Assembly (NCBI GenBank): GCA_030141605.1
Contig: JAQGDQ010002367.1
Span: forward strand, 1 to 64,000
Reading direction: 5' to 3'
DNA: 64,000 bases
Origin: Tubiluchus corallicola
Taxonomy: Eukaryota; Animalia; Priapulida
Shown piece by piece: positions 26,855-38,858 of the stretch. Made by a program: the position numbers and the translations under genes. How positions within the stretch are numbered: position 1 is the stretch's first letter; the number at the start of each line of letters is the position of its first letter. The notes beneath the pieces were generated by a model, which saw only the letters and a program-made list of their open reading frames with translations, ran no database searches and was not told where the DNA came from.

Positions 26855-29800
26855 CTTAGGGTTAGCACCCCTATCCTGTAAAAGTTCTCAATTGCTACAG
26901 AAACAGACAGAAACAAATCTACTGACACAAATCGGCACAAAGCAGAAAGTTCGACCCATGTTATGACGATGCTAGGTCAAAGCCGAGAGGAAGCCCAGCA
27001 TCCGATGAAGAACTCTATACTGAGTGCCACAAAGGTGACAAAAATTGGCACCTGGAATGTAAGAACAATGTTCCAAACAGGAAAAATGGCCCAAGTTATC
27101 CGGGAATTCAACAACTATCAACTCAGTATCTTAGGCGTAACGGAAGTGAGATTGACAGGAAGCGGAAACATCAAGAGTGGAGAAACAACCTTTCTGTATT
27201 CAGGATCAGAGGAGGATCACCAGAGAGGTGTTGGTCTGATGCTGAACAAAGAGGCAGCAAAGACACTAATAGGATGGAACCCAGTCAGTGAGAGGATAAT
27301 AACTGCCCGAATGCAGTCAAGGCATGCGAAAACAACTATTGTTTGCATTTACGCACCAACTGAAGATACAGATGAACAAGTTAAAGATGATTTCTACCAA
27401 CAATGTCAAGATGTGCTGAATGACATCCCCAGCCATGACATCATTCTCCTCATGGGTGTTATGAATGCAAAGATTGACAACAACAGACACGGATTGGAGC
27501 ATGTAATCGGGCCACATGGATCAGCTCAAGAAACAAACAACAATGGTGAACGGCTCCTGATGTTGTGCAATTTAAATGGACTGTGTATTGGAAATACTTA
27601 TTTTGCCCACAAAACCATCCACAAGAAGACATGGAGGTCACCAGATGGAAATACACAGAACGAAATCGACTACATCTGTATCAGCAAGAGATGGAGATCA
27701 GCACTGAAAGATGTGAAAGTATGTCGTGGAGCTGATGTGGGCTCTGACCACCACCTAGTTCAAGGAAAAGTGCAGCTCAAACTGAAAAAGATACAAAAGC
27801 CAAAAATCACTAGACCTTTTGCGGTTGAAAACCTGAAAGACCAACAAAAAGCAAGGAGTTTTGAACTTGCACTTAGCAACAAATTTGAACCACTACTACA
27901 AGCCAACGATATTGAAGAACAGTGGAAAATATTCAAAGAAGCAGTAACAGCAGTTGCAGATGAACAGATCGGCAGAAGAAGGGGTAACAGAAAAGAAATG
28001 TGGATACAAGAAAAAACTTGGGAATTAATTGATGAAAGAAAGAAGACTAAGCAAATGAGAGACCAAGCAAAAACACTAGAAAGCAGGAGTCAAGCCAATG
28101 AGCAGTACCAACTGGCAGATAGAGCAGTAAAAAGACGTTGCAGGAGGGACAAGAACGAATGGTTTGAAAAGAAGGGTGAAGAAGCACAGTTAGCAGCCAG
28201 CCATAATGATACCAAGACTCTCTACAGAATTGTTAAAGATCTAACGGGAACAGGAGGCACCCAGCTGTGCCAATCAAGAACAAAAGTGGTGTGACTCTCA
28301 CAACAACAGAACAGCAAAACGCACGATGGGTGGAACACTTCAAGGAAGTTCTCAACCAGCCAAACCCAACAACATTATTCAATTTTGAGAATGAAATTGG
28401 ACAACAACAGCTAGATGTAAGATTGGACAACATCAGTGAACTGGAAGTCGAAACTGCCATCAAAAAACTAAAGAACAACAAAGCAGCTGGAGAGGACCAA
28501 ATAACAGCTGAGCTCCTGAAACACGGTAATAAAGGGATAACACGATCAATGACAAAGCTCCTGAACAGCTGCTGGGAACAACAAAAGGTCCCCGAAGATT
28601 GGAGAAATGGAGTCATCGTGAAGTTGCCTAAGAAAGGGAACCTGACAGATTGCAATAATTGGAGAGAAATAACTCTGATGTCAATACCTGGAAAAGTCCT
28701 GAGTATAGTGCTGCTAGATCGGTTGAGAGATGCTGTTGATATAAGACTAAGAGAACAACAAGCTGGATTTAGAAAAGGAAGATCATGCTGTGAACAGATA
28801 TTCACTCTCAGAAACATCATTGAGCAATGTATGGAATTCCAACAGCCCTTATTAATCAATTTTATTGATTTCAAGAAGGCTTTTGACTCTGTTCACAGGC
28901 AGTCTCTATGGAAAATTGCTTCTCTGTATGGTATCCCACAGACATTCATTTCAACCATCCAGAACTTTTACCAAAACAGCGGCTGTTGTATAAGAACACA
29001 AGAGGGAAACACCGAGTATTTCACCATCGAAACTGGAGTTAAGCAGGGTTGCATTATGTCGCCATTCCTGTTCCTACTGACGATTGATTTCATCATGAAG
29101 AAGGCGGTTGATGGTAAAGATCTAGGAATGCAATGGAAACAACAACAACGATTGGCAGATCTGGACTTTGCTGACGATATAGCTCTTCTGGAAACATCAA
29201 AAGAAAGCCTGCAACAACTGACCACAAGTATGGAAGAAGTAGCGGGAAAAATTGGATTGAGAATTAGTCAAGAAAAGACCAAAGTTTTGAAAGTGTGGAC
29301 AAACCAACAGAATGATGTACATATAACAGTGGGAGGCCAAATGGTTAAGAACGTTACCAGTTTTTCATATCTGGGCAGTGTGATGACCTGTAATGGAGGT
29401 ACAGAAAATGACATCAGGGGGAGAATCGGCAAAGCAACAGCAGTATTTAGGAAGATGGGAAAAATCTGGACAAGCAAGAAAATTGACATGAAAATCAAAC
29501 TTCGTCTGTACAACGCCATTGTGCTGCCAACGGCTCTCTATGCCAGCGAAACCTGGAAAGTCACAGCGGAGTTATCAAAGAAACTGAACGTCTTCCACCA
29601 AAAATGCCTTCGAAAGATACTAAAAATCTCCTACCGCGACCATGTCACCAATGTAGAAGTTCTTCAACGAGCGCAGTCATTGCGGTAACAAGATATAGTT
29701 ACAGAGAGAAGAATGAAACTGGCTGGACATATTCTCCGTCTATCAGAAAGTCGTTACACCAAAACAGCAGTACAGTGGGAACCACCTGGTGGGAAACGAA

Positions 29801-29967
29801 AAAGAGGTCGGCCAAAAACAACGTGGCGCAGATCCTTCAAAGAAGACCTTCGAGCTGTCAACATACGTTGGGAAAACGTAGAGAACGAAGCCGCCGATAG
29901 AACTCAGTGGAAAATGCTGTCTGCCCAATGTGCATCAATGCGCAGGAAGGACTAAGGTCTAAGGTAA
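26811..29967 (+). mobile_element. RTE-clade non-LTR retrotransposon, near full length, inserted in the satellite
   Basis: TSD GGCAGGAG at 26803-26810 and 29968-29975 (single copy at the empty site 14491-14498). Short 5' UTR, single APE-RT frame, and 3' tail of TAAGG-type repeats directly after the stop. Confidence 0.95.
26963..29955 (+). pseudogene. APE endonuclease-reverse transcriptase polyprotein of the RTE element, disrupted
   Basis: APE motifs IGTWNVRT, LGVTEVR, IDYI and SDHH; RT motifs QAGFRKGRS, FIDFKKAFDS, GVKQGC, FADD, YLGS; C-terminal GHILR and RGRPKTTW. Lesions: frameshift near 28260, in-frame TAA at 29686-29688, and APE GDxN reads GVMN. Confidence 0.95.
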
Positions 29968-32900
29968 GGCAGGAGACTTCTACCGTCAATGCTAAGCGTC
30001 TTAACAGAGACATACACAGGCACCCTCAATTAGCTCATACCAAGACATGCATAGCCAAACTTGAGCGTTTGGTTCTAAAGCTTGGAAAACGATTTAAAAC
30101 TTCTAGTCGGAACTCCTCTAGAGCAGTCCCAATCATCTGAACAGAAGAAATGTACAGCTAATTTCAAGTATATGGCAGAAGACTTCTACAGGCAATGCCA
30201 AGCATCTTAACAGAGACACCCACACAGATAGCCGCAATTAGCTTGCCACAAGACATGCATAGCCAAACTTGAGCGTCTGGTTCTAAAGCTTGGAAAACGA
30301 TTTAAAACTTCTAGTCGGAACTCCTCTAGAGCAGTCCCAATCATCTGAACAGAAGAAATGTACAGCTAATTTCAAGTATATGGCAGAAGACTTCTACAGG
30401 CAATGCCAAGCATCTTAACAGAGACACACACACACAGATAGCCGCAATTAGCTTGCCACAAGACATGCATAGCCAAACTTGAGCGTCTGGTTCTAAAGCT
30501 TGGATAACGATTTAAAACATCTAGTCAGAACTGATCTAGAGCAGTCCCTGTCATCTGAACAGAAGAAATGTACTGCTAATTTCAGGTATATGGCAGAAGA
30601 CTTCTACAGGCAATGCAAAGCTTCTCAGCAGACACACACACACACACACACAGATAGCCACAACTAGCTTGCAACAAGACATGCATAGCCAGACTGAAGC
30701 GTTTGGTTCTAAGGCTTGGAAAACAAATAAAAACATGTAATCAGAACTCATCTAAAGCAATCTCAAACATCTGGACAGAAAACATATCCTGCTAATCTCA
30801 AGTATGTGGCAAAAGACTTCTACAGGCTATACTGAGCGTCTTAACAGAGACATACACAGATATCCTCAATCAGCTTGCCAGAGGACATATATGGCCAAAC
30901 TTAGCTTCTGGTAATGGCAGTTTTATTCTCAATCTCATGTACCTGATCAGGAGAAATCTGCAGAAATGCACTGCCGATGTCAAGTATCCCGGCAAAAGAC
31001 TTCTACGGGCAATACTAAGCGCCTTAACAGAGACACACACACACAGATAGCCTCAATTAGCTTGCCACAAGACATGCATAGCCAAACTTGAGCGTCTGGT
31101 TCTAAAGCTTGGATAACGACTTAAAACATCTAGTCCGAACTCATCTAGAGCAGTCCCAATCATCTGAACAGAAGAAATGTACAGCTAATTTCAAGTATAT
31201 GGCAGAAGACTTCTACAGGCAATGCCAAGCATCTTAACAGAGACACACACACACAGATAGCCGCAATTAGCTTGCCACAAGACATGCATAGCCAAACTTG
31301 AGCGTCTGGTTCTAAAGCTTGGATAACGATTTAAAACATCTAGTCAGAACTCATCTAGAGCAGTCCCTGTCATCTGAACAGAAGAAATGTACTGTTAATT
31401 TCAAGTATATGGCAGGTGACTTCTACCGTCAATGCTAAGCGTCTTAACAGAGACATACACAGGCACCCTCAATTAGCTCATACCAAGACATGCATAGCCA
31501 AACTTGAGCGTTTGGTTCTAAAGCTTGGAAAACGATTTAAAACTTCTAGTCGGAACTCCTCTAGAGCAGTCCCAATCATCTGAACAGAAGAAATGTACAG
31601 CTAATTTCAAGTATATGGCAGAAGACTTCTACAGGCAATGCCAAGCGTCTTAACAGAGACATACGCAGACAGCCTCAATCAGCTTCTCAGAGGACATATA
31701 TGGCCAAACGTAAGCATCTGGTAATAGCAGTTTTATTCTCAATCTCATGTACCTGATCAGAAGAAATATGCAGAAATGCACTGCCGATGTCAAGTATCCC
31801 GGCAAAAGACTTCTACGGGCAATACTAAGCGCCTTAACAGAGACACACACACACACAGATAGCCTCAATTAGCTTGCCACAAGACATGCATAGCCAAACT
31901 TGAGCGTCTGGTTCTAAAGCTTGGATAACGACTTAAAACATCTAGTCCGAACTCATCTAGAGCAGTCCCTGTCATCTGAACAGAAGAAATGTACTGCTAT
32001 TTTCAAGTATATGGCAGAAGACTTCTACAGGCAATGCCAAGCATCTTAACAGAGACACCCACACAGATAGCCTCAGTCAGCTTGTCAGAGGACATATGAG
32101 ACCAAACTTGAGCATCTGGTAATGACAGTTCTACAGGCAAAGTCAAGCATCTTAACAGAGGCAAACACAGGCAGCCTCAATTAGCTTGACCCAAGACATG
32201 CATAGCCAGACTGAAGCGTTTGGTTCTAAGGCTTGGAAAACAAATTAAAACATATAGTCAGAACTGACTTAAAGCAATGTCAAAAATCTGGGTACAAAAA
32301 ATGTACTACCAGTCTCAAGTATCTGGCAAAAGACTGCTACAGGCAATACTAAGCGTCTTAACAGAGACATACGCAGACAGCCTCAGTCAGCTTCTCAGAG
32401 GACATATATGACCAAACGTAAGCATCTGGTAATAGCAGCTCTATTCTCACTCTCATGTACCTGATCAGCAGAAATCTGCAGGAATCTTATCGTTTGGTAC
32501 GATGACATAGATACAGGCAATTTCAGTCGTTTGGTAAGATAACACCTACAAGCAATCTAAAAGATCTACTAACACTTCAAGACTCAAGACATCCATATCG
32601 AATCCCATTAATCTGTTAAGATCTACAGACAAATTGCAGCATCTGGTCAGAACTCATCTAAAGAAATCTCAAACATCTGGACAGAAAACATATACTGCTA
32701 ATCTCAAGTATATGGCAGAAGGCTTCTACAGGCAATGTCAAGCATCTTAATAGAGACACACACAGACGGCCTCAAATAGCTTGTCACAAGACATATATAG
32801 CCAAACTTAAGCGTCTGGTAATAACAGCTTTATTCACAATCTCGTGTATCTGATCAGAAGGAAGCTTCAGACAACTTCATTCATGATAAAAAGACATCTT

Positions 32901-33108
32901 CCATCTGTAAACAAAACGTCTACAGACAACCTGAAGCAGGTTTTCAGACACGTCAAGTGTCTAGTTAGAAGGCATATACGTCCAATCCCAATAATCTGTT
33001 AAATACAGACAAATTGCAGCATCTAGTTAGTACTCATCTAGAGCAGTCACAATCATCTGAACAAAAGAAATATACTACTAATCTCAAGTATATGGCAGAA
33101 GACTTTCT
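29968..33108. repeat. Satellite array, diverged edge domain
   Basis: Same monomer family with private variants (ttgccacaag, ctagtcggaactcctcta, ggataacgac). It decays from ~32050 and the last recognisable unit ends tatggcagaagacttt near 33106. Confidence 0.93.
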
Positions 33109-33300
33109 AATAAAATTTCTCCAGTTGGTAAGGAAAGAAATTCTTTTCTTACAGTTGTCTGACTCGCACCAGTGTCAACTAAAATGCGACAAACGCGACC
33201 GTTTATTGAGCCGCGCACATACAAACCAAGCGCAGGCTGCTTATCAGCGTTTTTGTTACGAACCGACGCAGAATAATTAATGGTGTAATGCGATGTGGGT
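33109..33300 (-). pseudogene. Retropepsin (aspartic protease) N-terminal fragment
   Basis: Manual translation gives LGLYVRGSINGRVCRILVDTGASQTTVRKEF, after which the frame runs into satellite sequence. Confidence 0.85.
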
Positions 33301-33534
33301 ACTCCTACGGAGACTGCTCATCTAGTGCGAGTGGCTGGCTGTCTTTTGGGGGGGGGGGGTAGTCCCAGTACATGGATAATTTTGCCCCATATTTGCAGAA
33401 AAACCATTGTTTTGGCAAAAATTATTAGAAAATTGTGCTCTATGGCGAGTTCGTTGGCCTGTCCAACTATGGGGAGGGGAAGAGCACTGTCTCGCTAAAT
33501 GCCCAAAACCACCACAATTATAACAAACTGGGCC

Positions 33535-35157
33535 TCAACCACGACCCGTAGGTTTAGGAGACTTATTCTGGCCAACATTTGAACCTCTGCCGTGTTTTTC
33601 AGGGGTGCGATTAAGAGCAGATTTGCTAACGTCGCTATTTGGGCTTTTGGATTTCGAACTGGGGGGCGAGGTAACAGGTAGGTGCTGAACCTTAATCGAG
33701 CTTTTGCTTGGGGATTCGTTTTCCCGAATGGACTCAACTGTAAGTGCAGTAGCTAAAGCACTTGCGAGATCAGGCGGTACACTTTGCTGAATGTGTATTG
33801 CTAACTCAGAATCCATTAAACCATCTACGAATTTATGAATTAGCTGTTTCTCAGCAGTTTTTGTATCAACGGTTGGAAATACACGATGATAAAGAACACG
33901 CAATTGCTCAGCGTATTGCCTTAAATCTTCACCAGTGTGGCGTACTCTGGCGTTATAATGCGCACGATAAACGCTCTCTCTATTTTGATAGCCGTATCTA
34001 CGACAAAGAGCCGACGAAAGGACGTCATAGTTGGACCTTTGCGCCTCAGGAATGACTTCCAGCATGCCCGCAGCACTCCCTTTTAATATTAATGCTAATC
34101 GCGCACCAGCCTCGGTGTTGTCCCAGCCATTAGCCCGACGGAGAAGCTGGAACTGTGCCTCAAAACTTTCCCAAGACACTGTCTCGCCATCAAAAGGTGG
34201 TAGACCTCGGAGTGCCTTTTCACCGAGCCGCCCCATGCTGATGTCACTCGCCATGTTTGCAGTAGCATTAGCGACATTTTGTGCCACGGTGCTGGTTGCC
34301 AACCCTGTTTGTGCAGTAGAACAACCGGAAGTCCGCAAAATGGGCTCGAAAGACTGGTCTAGATTGCTTAGGCCAGTTTCAAAACGTACACGTGGGGTGC
34401 AGCCAGAAGGACCATTTTGAATCTGGCTAGACCCTTGATTTTGATGCAGTGCGTCAGCAGTGTCAGTATTCGCCATTACAGGGGTAGAACCCAAAAGAGG
34501 CTTCTTTGCCAAAATACCACCTGTTGTAGGCGTCTCTGGTTCGCGACATGCGGTAAAATCCAAAATGGCACTGGAAATTGCCTGAGGCAGCGTAGCAACC
34601 ACATTTCTCAGGTCTTGAAAACTCTCAGAAATACTAGACAACTGTTGTCTGATTTGATAAGTATCTGACGCGAAATTTTGCCCAAAATTTTGATTACTTG
34701 GACTAACTCCCGTGCCCAATGCTGCATTTGGATCGCTAGCCGCGTGCCCTGAAAGAAAATCAATATTAGACATGCCCCAAGTACTCGCGCTAGGCTGGGA
34801 AGCGGAATGTTGTGAAGTAGCAGGTAGCAAAGGTAGCTGACCTTGGCTTTGCCTACTTGAACATTCAGGTGGCTTCGCTGCATGCTTTTCAGTACAAAGG
34901 TTATGCACAGGGCAAGTAACAAAAGGATTAGTTGTATTACAAGCACAGATCGACAATACATCCTCATTATTAGTACAACTAACATCAAAACTATAGCAAT
35001 GTTCCGTAGAATCTAAGGCAGTGCCCCTTAATTCTTGACCATTAGAAGAATACACACTCTGTTCTAATAGAAAATCGGCAAGCTGACGGTGTTGTAACCG
35101 TTCTAAGTCAACATCAACCACAGTACAATAATCGGAATGCCCAGATGAGGGTAACAT
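33535..35157 (-). CDS. gag: Gag (retrotransposon capsid) ORF, 540 aa from the PBS-overlapping ATG; TGA before the zinc knuckle
   Basis: PPFDGETVSWESFEAQF...NGW...LKGSA...Y..L..AL.RRYG...R..GEDLRQYA.QL...FVDGL is a Gypsy capsid signature. Met29 of the 568-aa track ORF overlaps the PBS end (GGGATG). Confidence 0.8.
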   Translation of the reverse strand: MLPSSGHSDYCTVVDVDLERLQHRQLADFLLEQSVYSSNGQELRGTALDSTEHCYSFDVSCTNNEDVLSICACNTTNPFVTCPVHNLCTEKHAAKPPECSSRQSQGQLPLLPATSQHSASQPSASTWGMSNIDFLSGHAASDPNAALGTGVSPSNQNFGQNFASDTYQIRQQLSSISESFQDLRNVVATLPQAISSAILDFTACREPETPTTGGILAKKPLLGSTPVMANTDTADALHQNQGSSQIQNGPSGCTPRVRFETGLSNLDQSFEPILRTSGCSTAQTGLATSTVAQNVANATANMASDISMGRLGEKALRGLPPFDGETVSWESFEAQFQLLRRANGWDNTEAGARLALILKGSAAGMLEVIPEAQRSNYDVLSSALCRRYGYQNRESVYRAHYNARVRHTGEDLRQYAEQLRVLYHRVFPTVDTKTAEKQLIHKFVDGLMDSELAIHIQQSVPPDLASALATALTVESIRENESPSKSSIKVQHLPVTSPPSSKSKSPNSDVSKSALNRTPEKHGRGSNVGQNKSPKPTGRG

Positions 35158-35176
35158 CCCACTTGTTCTGACACCA
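35156..35176 (-). promoter_or_regulatory. Primer-binding site, tRNA-Leu type with a 3-nt insertion
   Basis: TGGTGTCAGAACAAGTGGGAT vs the common Leu PBS TGGTGTCAGAAGTGGGAT; it lies 1 nt after the LTR-terminal CA. Confidence 0.75.
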
Positions 35177-35177
35177 G

Positions 35178-35573
35178 TGGACTGCTCTCCGCTTTTAATG
35201 GAGGCAGAACGGATGGCACCGCGGCCTACACCGTGCGGCATGTCTTAAGTAATGAACCAAACCAAAACCAAAATGAATAATAAAAATAAAAGTGACAATT
35301 TATTACCAAAAAAAAGAATGTTCCAAATAGCTTACCGAATGGAGCAAAGCCTGAAGTGTGAACAAAGCTGAGATGAGACGACCACCGACCAGGATCTACA
35401 GCAGACCTACCCTTTTTATAAGCTCAGGTGTGCACGTGACTAGTGGCTCCTATTAACACAAGGTCAGAATAAGAGTCTATGTGCTAGATAAAGCCACGTT
35501 CATACGCACACCTGAGAAGTCTGCTGTATTCCCCTGCCAGTATTACACTATCTGATCACAGCCCTGCAGTACA
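35178..35573 (-). repeat. 5' LTR of the Gypsy element (~396 bp)
   Basis: Termini TGTACTGC...GCAGTCCA form a 7/8 inverted repeat. TATAAAAA at 35420-35413 and AATAAA at 35304-35299. Only one copy is in the window, so the outer boundary is inferred. Confidence 0.7.
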
Positions 35574-35879
35574 ATATGCATATATATAGATATATTAAGT
35601 TTGATTTAGTATTATGTCTAGAGAGCAGGACATTGCTCGAGATTTTAGATTTTGTTGTTTACCTGGTAAAGAGCATAGGGATGAATGCAAATATTTTACA
35701 CAATTTCAATATAAAAACGCTTATAAGTAAAGCAACACTAATTACATTTTAGGAAAACATAATGGAGAGGTAGTTAAATAGGCTTATGTAAAATCTTCGC
35801 CAAAGTTAGCTCGGGATTTAATTAAAGAGAATAGGACGATTCTCGATTCCATCCTTTACAGAATCCTGGCTTAATGAAC

Positions 35880-37990
35880 AGAATAAAGACCACTTTTCAA
35901 TAAAACATTACAATCATTACTCATAAATACGCAAAGACAGACCAGCTGGAGAGATTTCCTTGTATCTGAAGGATGATCTAAACAGTAAACTTCGTAATGA
36001 TTTATACTGTTTATGTAAACAAATCTAGGAATTATTGTTTGTTGAAATTACTCAAGAACATGCAAAAATATTTTAGTTGAAGCATCATACAGACTTTTTG
36101 GAACTAGTAGCCCAGCATTCCTTGATGATTCAAGTAATCTTCTTTCTAAAATAATGAATGAAAACAAACACCTTTTCTTGTGGCAACTTCAACTTGAACT
36201 TGCTAAGCTTTGACTTGTATGAATGAACTGAATTTTTCTCAAATGTCTGCTTATCAACCATTGTATCACGTAATTACTAAACCAGAAAAAATTACTGCTT
36301 ATACGCATAAACTTTAATCGATAATATTTTTACAAACTGTGTATTAAACAATAACTTAACCTCTGACATTCTCTGCAGTGATTTATCTGACCATTTTCCC
36401 GTTTATTTAATAACCACTTTAAAATTAACACTTCATTCGAAACCAACAGTTTCAAAATATGGAATCTTTAATAATAGCACCATCGCAGTCTTTCAGTGTA
36501 AACTATCATCCCATGACCGGTCCTATGTCTTTTACATACAGAATCCTGACACCGTATTTCAATTGTTCTTCGAAGACTAATACAATATTTACCATAATAG
36601 CTTTCCAGTAGTCACAAAAATAATAAAACCACGGATAATTAAACAAGCCGTGGTTAACAAGTTGGTTAGTACAGACAATTAAACACAAAAATAAATTATA
36701 TAAGTTTAAATTAAAAAACCCTACTCTTCTCAGCATTGCCATTTATAAAACATACAGGAATAATTTGACGTCAGTCCTAAGAAAAGCCGAAAAAGCTGAA
36801 TAATATAAGAAAAACATGGAAAATTTTTCCATGGCCATAAACATAAAAAGATTCATATCATATTGAACAATCACATTTCAAACATTCACAACACAATCCA
36901 ATGAAATCAAAGAATTATCCGACGGCGTTAATAACTACTTTGTAAATGTAGGATCATCTCTTGCAGACAAGATCTCATATTTACCAAATGGATGCAGGGG
37001 TTCTATGCAGTTGCTTCCAATTCTTTTTCGACAGGTACAGACCAAGGCCCTCTGAAAATATCCAAGTTAGTAATGACAAGTGATAAACCCCAGTTCCAAA
37101 ATTACAGACCTATTTCATTTCTTCCCCGTTTTCCAAAATTCCTGAAAGATTAGTGTGTAATAGACCTTTAAGTTTCATCAATAAAAACAATATACTATAT
37201 CTCAAGCAACTATGTTTTAGATAAAATCACTATACCTAAATGACTTTACTTAAACTTATTGACTTAATATTAAATGCAATTGACAACAATGAATTTACAA
37301 TTGGTATCTTTATTGATTTTTCTAAGGCTTTGGTACTATTGACCATAAAATACTCTTAGCTAAATTAAACAACTATGGTATCAGGGGTCTGACTTTACAT
37401 AACAGAAAGCAGTTAGTACTAATAGATAATACACTTTATTCTATGAAGCAAATTAATTATGGTGTCTCCCAAAGATTAATTTTAGGTCTGCTGATTAATT
37501 TCTTTGCTGATGATGTCAACGTCTTCTATTGTCACTCAAATTACGAAATAATGGTAAATACTATTAACCAAGTACTTGTACACTTGGCAAGAACATCGTA
37601 AGTTTACCAAAAGTAAAATCTCCAAAATCGTAGATATTATATACAGTGTTAAACACATATTGTCCAAATCACTTCGCTTTTTTACCAAATGCTAATTATT
37701 TGAACATTGCTTGGGGAGCACGTATACGACTAGATTGAAAAAACATCAAGTGATTCAGAAAAAATAGTGCGAGCAATAACCTTTTCAAGCCATACGGAGA
37801 TCACACACGCCACCAATATTTAAACGGCTAAATTTTCTAAATATTCATGACATTAATAAGTTCCAAACTGCGATCTTCATGTAAAAATTCACTCAACTAT
37901 TGCCACCCTTATTTAATGATTATTTTTGTTTGAATGCTGAAATACATAATTATAATACACGATGTAGACTTAACTATCACTGCATACACA
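35880..37990 (+). pseudogene. Decayed L2/CR1-group (Crack/Daphne-like) LINE ORF2
   Basis: Frameshifted motifs in the correct order: ELLFVEI, GNFN, TLIDNIFTN, DLSDHFPV, KPWLT, NYRPIS, GIFIDFSKA, GVSQ..ILG, FADD, HNYNTR. Confidence 0.85.
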
Positions 37991-38820
37991 ATATAACTGG
38001 TTACTACATCACGGCTTTTGTTTTCATTTTCAACAAATTACGCTCTAGGGTAAACTTTAGCTCTGATCTGTATATATGTAGCGTACACCTCCATATAGTC
38101 TATTCAAGTGTTGCCTCCTCCACAAATGCCTTGTGAATATGTGTACATTTTTCATTTCTTTTCCTACCGTTCAGTTTATTTCGTAATTATGAATTATTAC
38201 TAACACCCATTATAATTCTTTCATACGTTTCCGTAAAATGTTATTAATAAATATATTTTCATTATTAATCCACTGCTAAAATTAATATTTGTGTCTGTAC
38301 TTGCTTTAAGAACTACTATTAATTTATGCACTTCATGATGTCAAAGCATCTGTTGTTTACCTGGCGAGATGAAATGAATTGAATTGAAGAAAATTGATTG
38401 TAAAAATAGGAAATTGCAGTAGCTAAAGTGAGAAGTCAAACGTAATTAAGTTTAGCAGATATTTTGTGACTAAAGTAAAATAACTTTCACCAACATTGCA
38501 AACTAATGCTTATAAAACTTTTATTATAAACATATTATATACATAAATTGTAATCCCCGTAATTAAGTTATACCAACTGTGAACATGAAATACTGGTAAA
38601 TAATTAAATTTAATAATCATTTTAGGCAAACAGAAATTTGTTACTATCCTTCGTTTTTAGTATTTAATTTAATTAAAACAGTCACAAAATCAAGTTAAAA
38701 ATGAATCTGGCTATAAAAACAACATAATAGGCCGTTAGTTACTTCTTGTAGGATGATTAGCAACTTTGCGGGGCTTTTTAGCGTTCTAATGTCAATAATT
38801 GTCCACAACCAATTGCTTAC

Positions 38821-38858
38821 GAGATAGAAGATTGAGTGCTTAAGAAGATTAATAAATC
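38821..38858 (-). CDS. Candidate micro-exon of an unidentified host gene
   Basis: Flanked by tgtttatag and GTAAGC. Open in phase 1 (G-FINLLKHSIFYL), compatible with the phase-1 donor at 39813. Confidence 0.25.

Larger units (their letters stand above)
33109..35573 (-). mobile_element. Ty3/Gypsy LTR retrotransposon, 5' half (LTR-PBS-gag-protease), truncated at the satellite
   Basis: On the minus strand, in order: LTR, PBS, capsid-type gag, CCHC knuckle CYNCGGFGHLARQC (33525-33484), and protease GLYVRGSINGRVCRILVDTGAS (DTG at 33176-33168). Confidence 0.9.

Noticed and set aside
28245-28294. Programmed frameshift between the APE and RT ORFs
   Set aside because: RTE elements have one ORF, no slippery heptamer is evident, and the copy has other inactivating lesions.
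28233-29928. Antisense and alternative-frame ORFs over the RTE element
   Set aside because: Shadows of the RT reading frame.
241-31868. Dozens of near-identical 60-95-aa Cys-rich ORFs that look like a peptide gene family
   Set aside because: They are translations of the satellite. Starts are mostly alternative codons, lengths shift with (CA)n slippage, and there is no gene structure or sign of frame preservation.
1-33108. CRISPR-like array (~35-bp periodicity)
   Set aside because: There are no unique spacers; every segment is repeated and related. No cas genes, and the context is eukaryotic.
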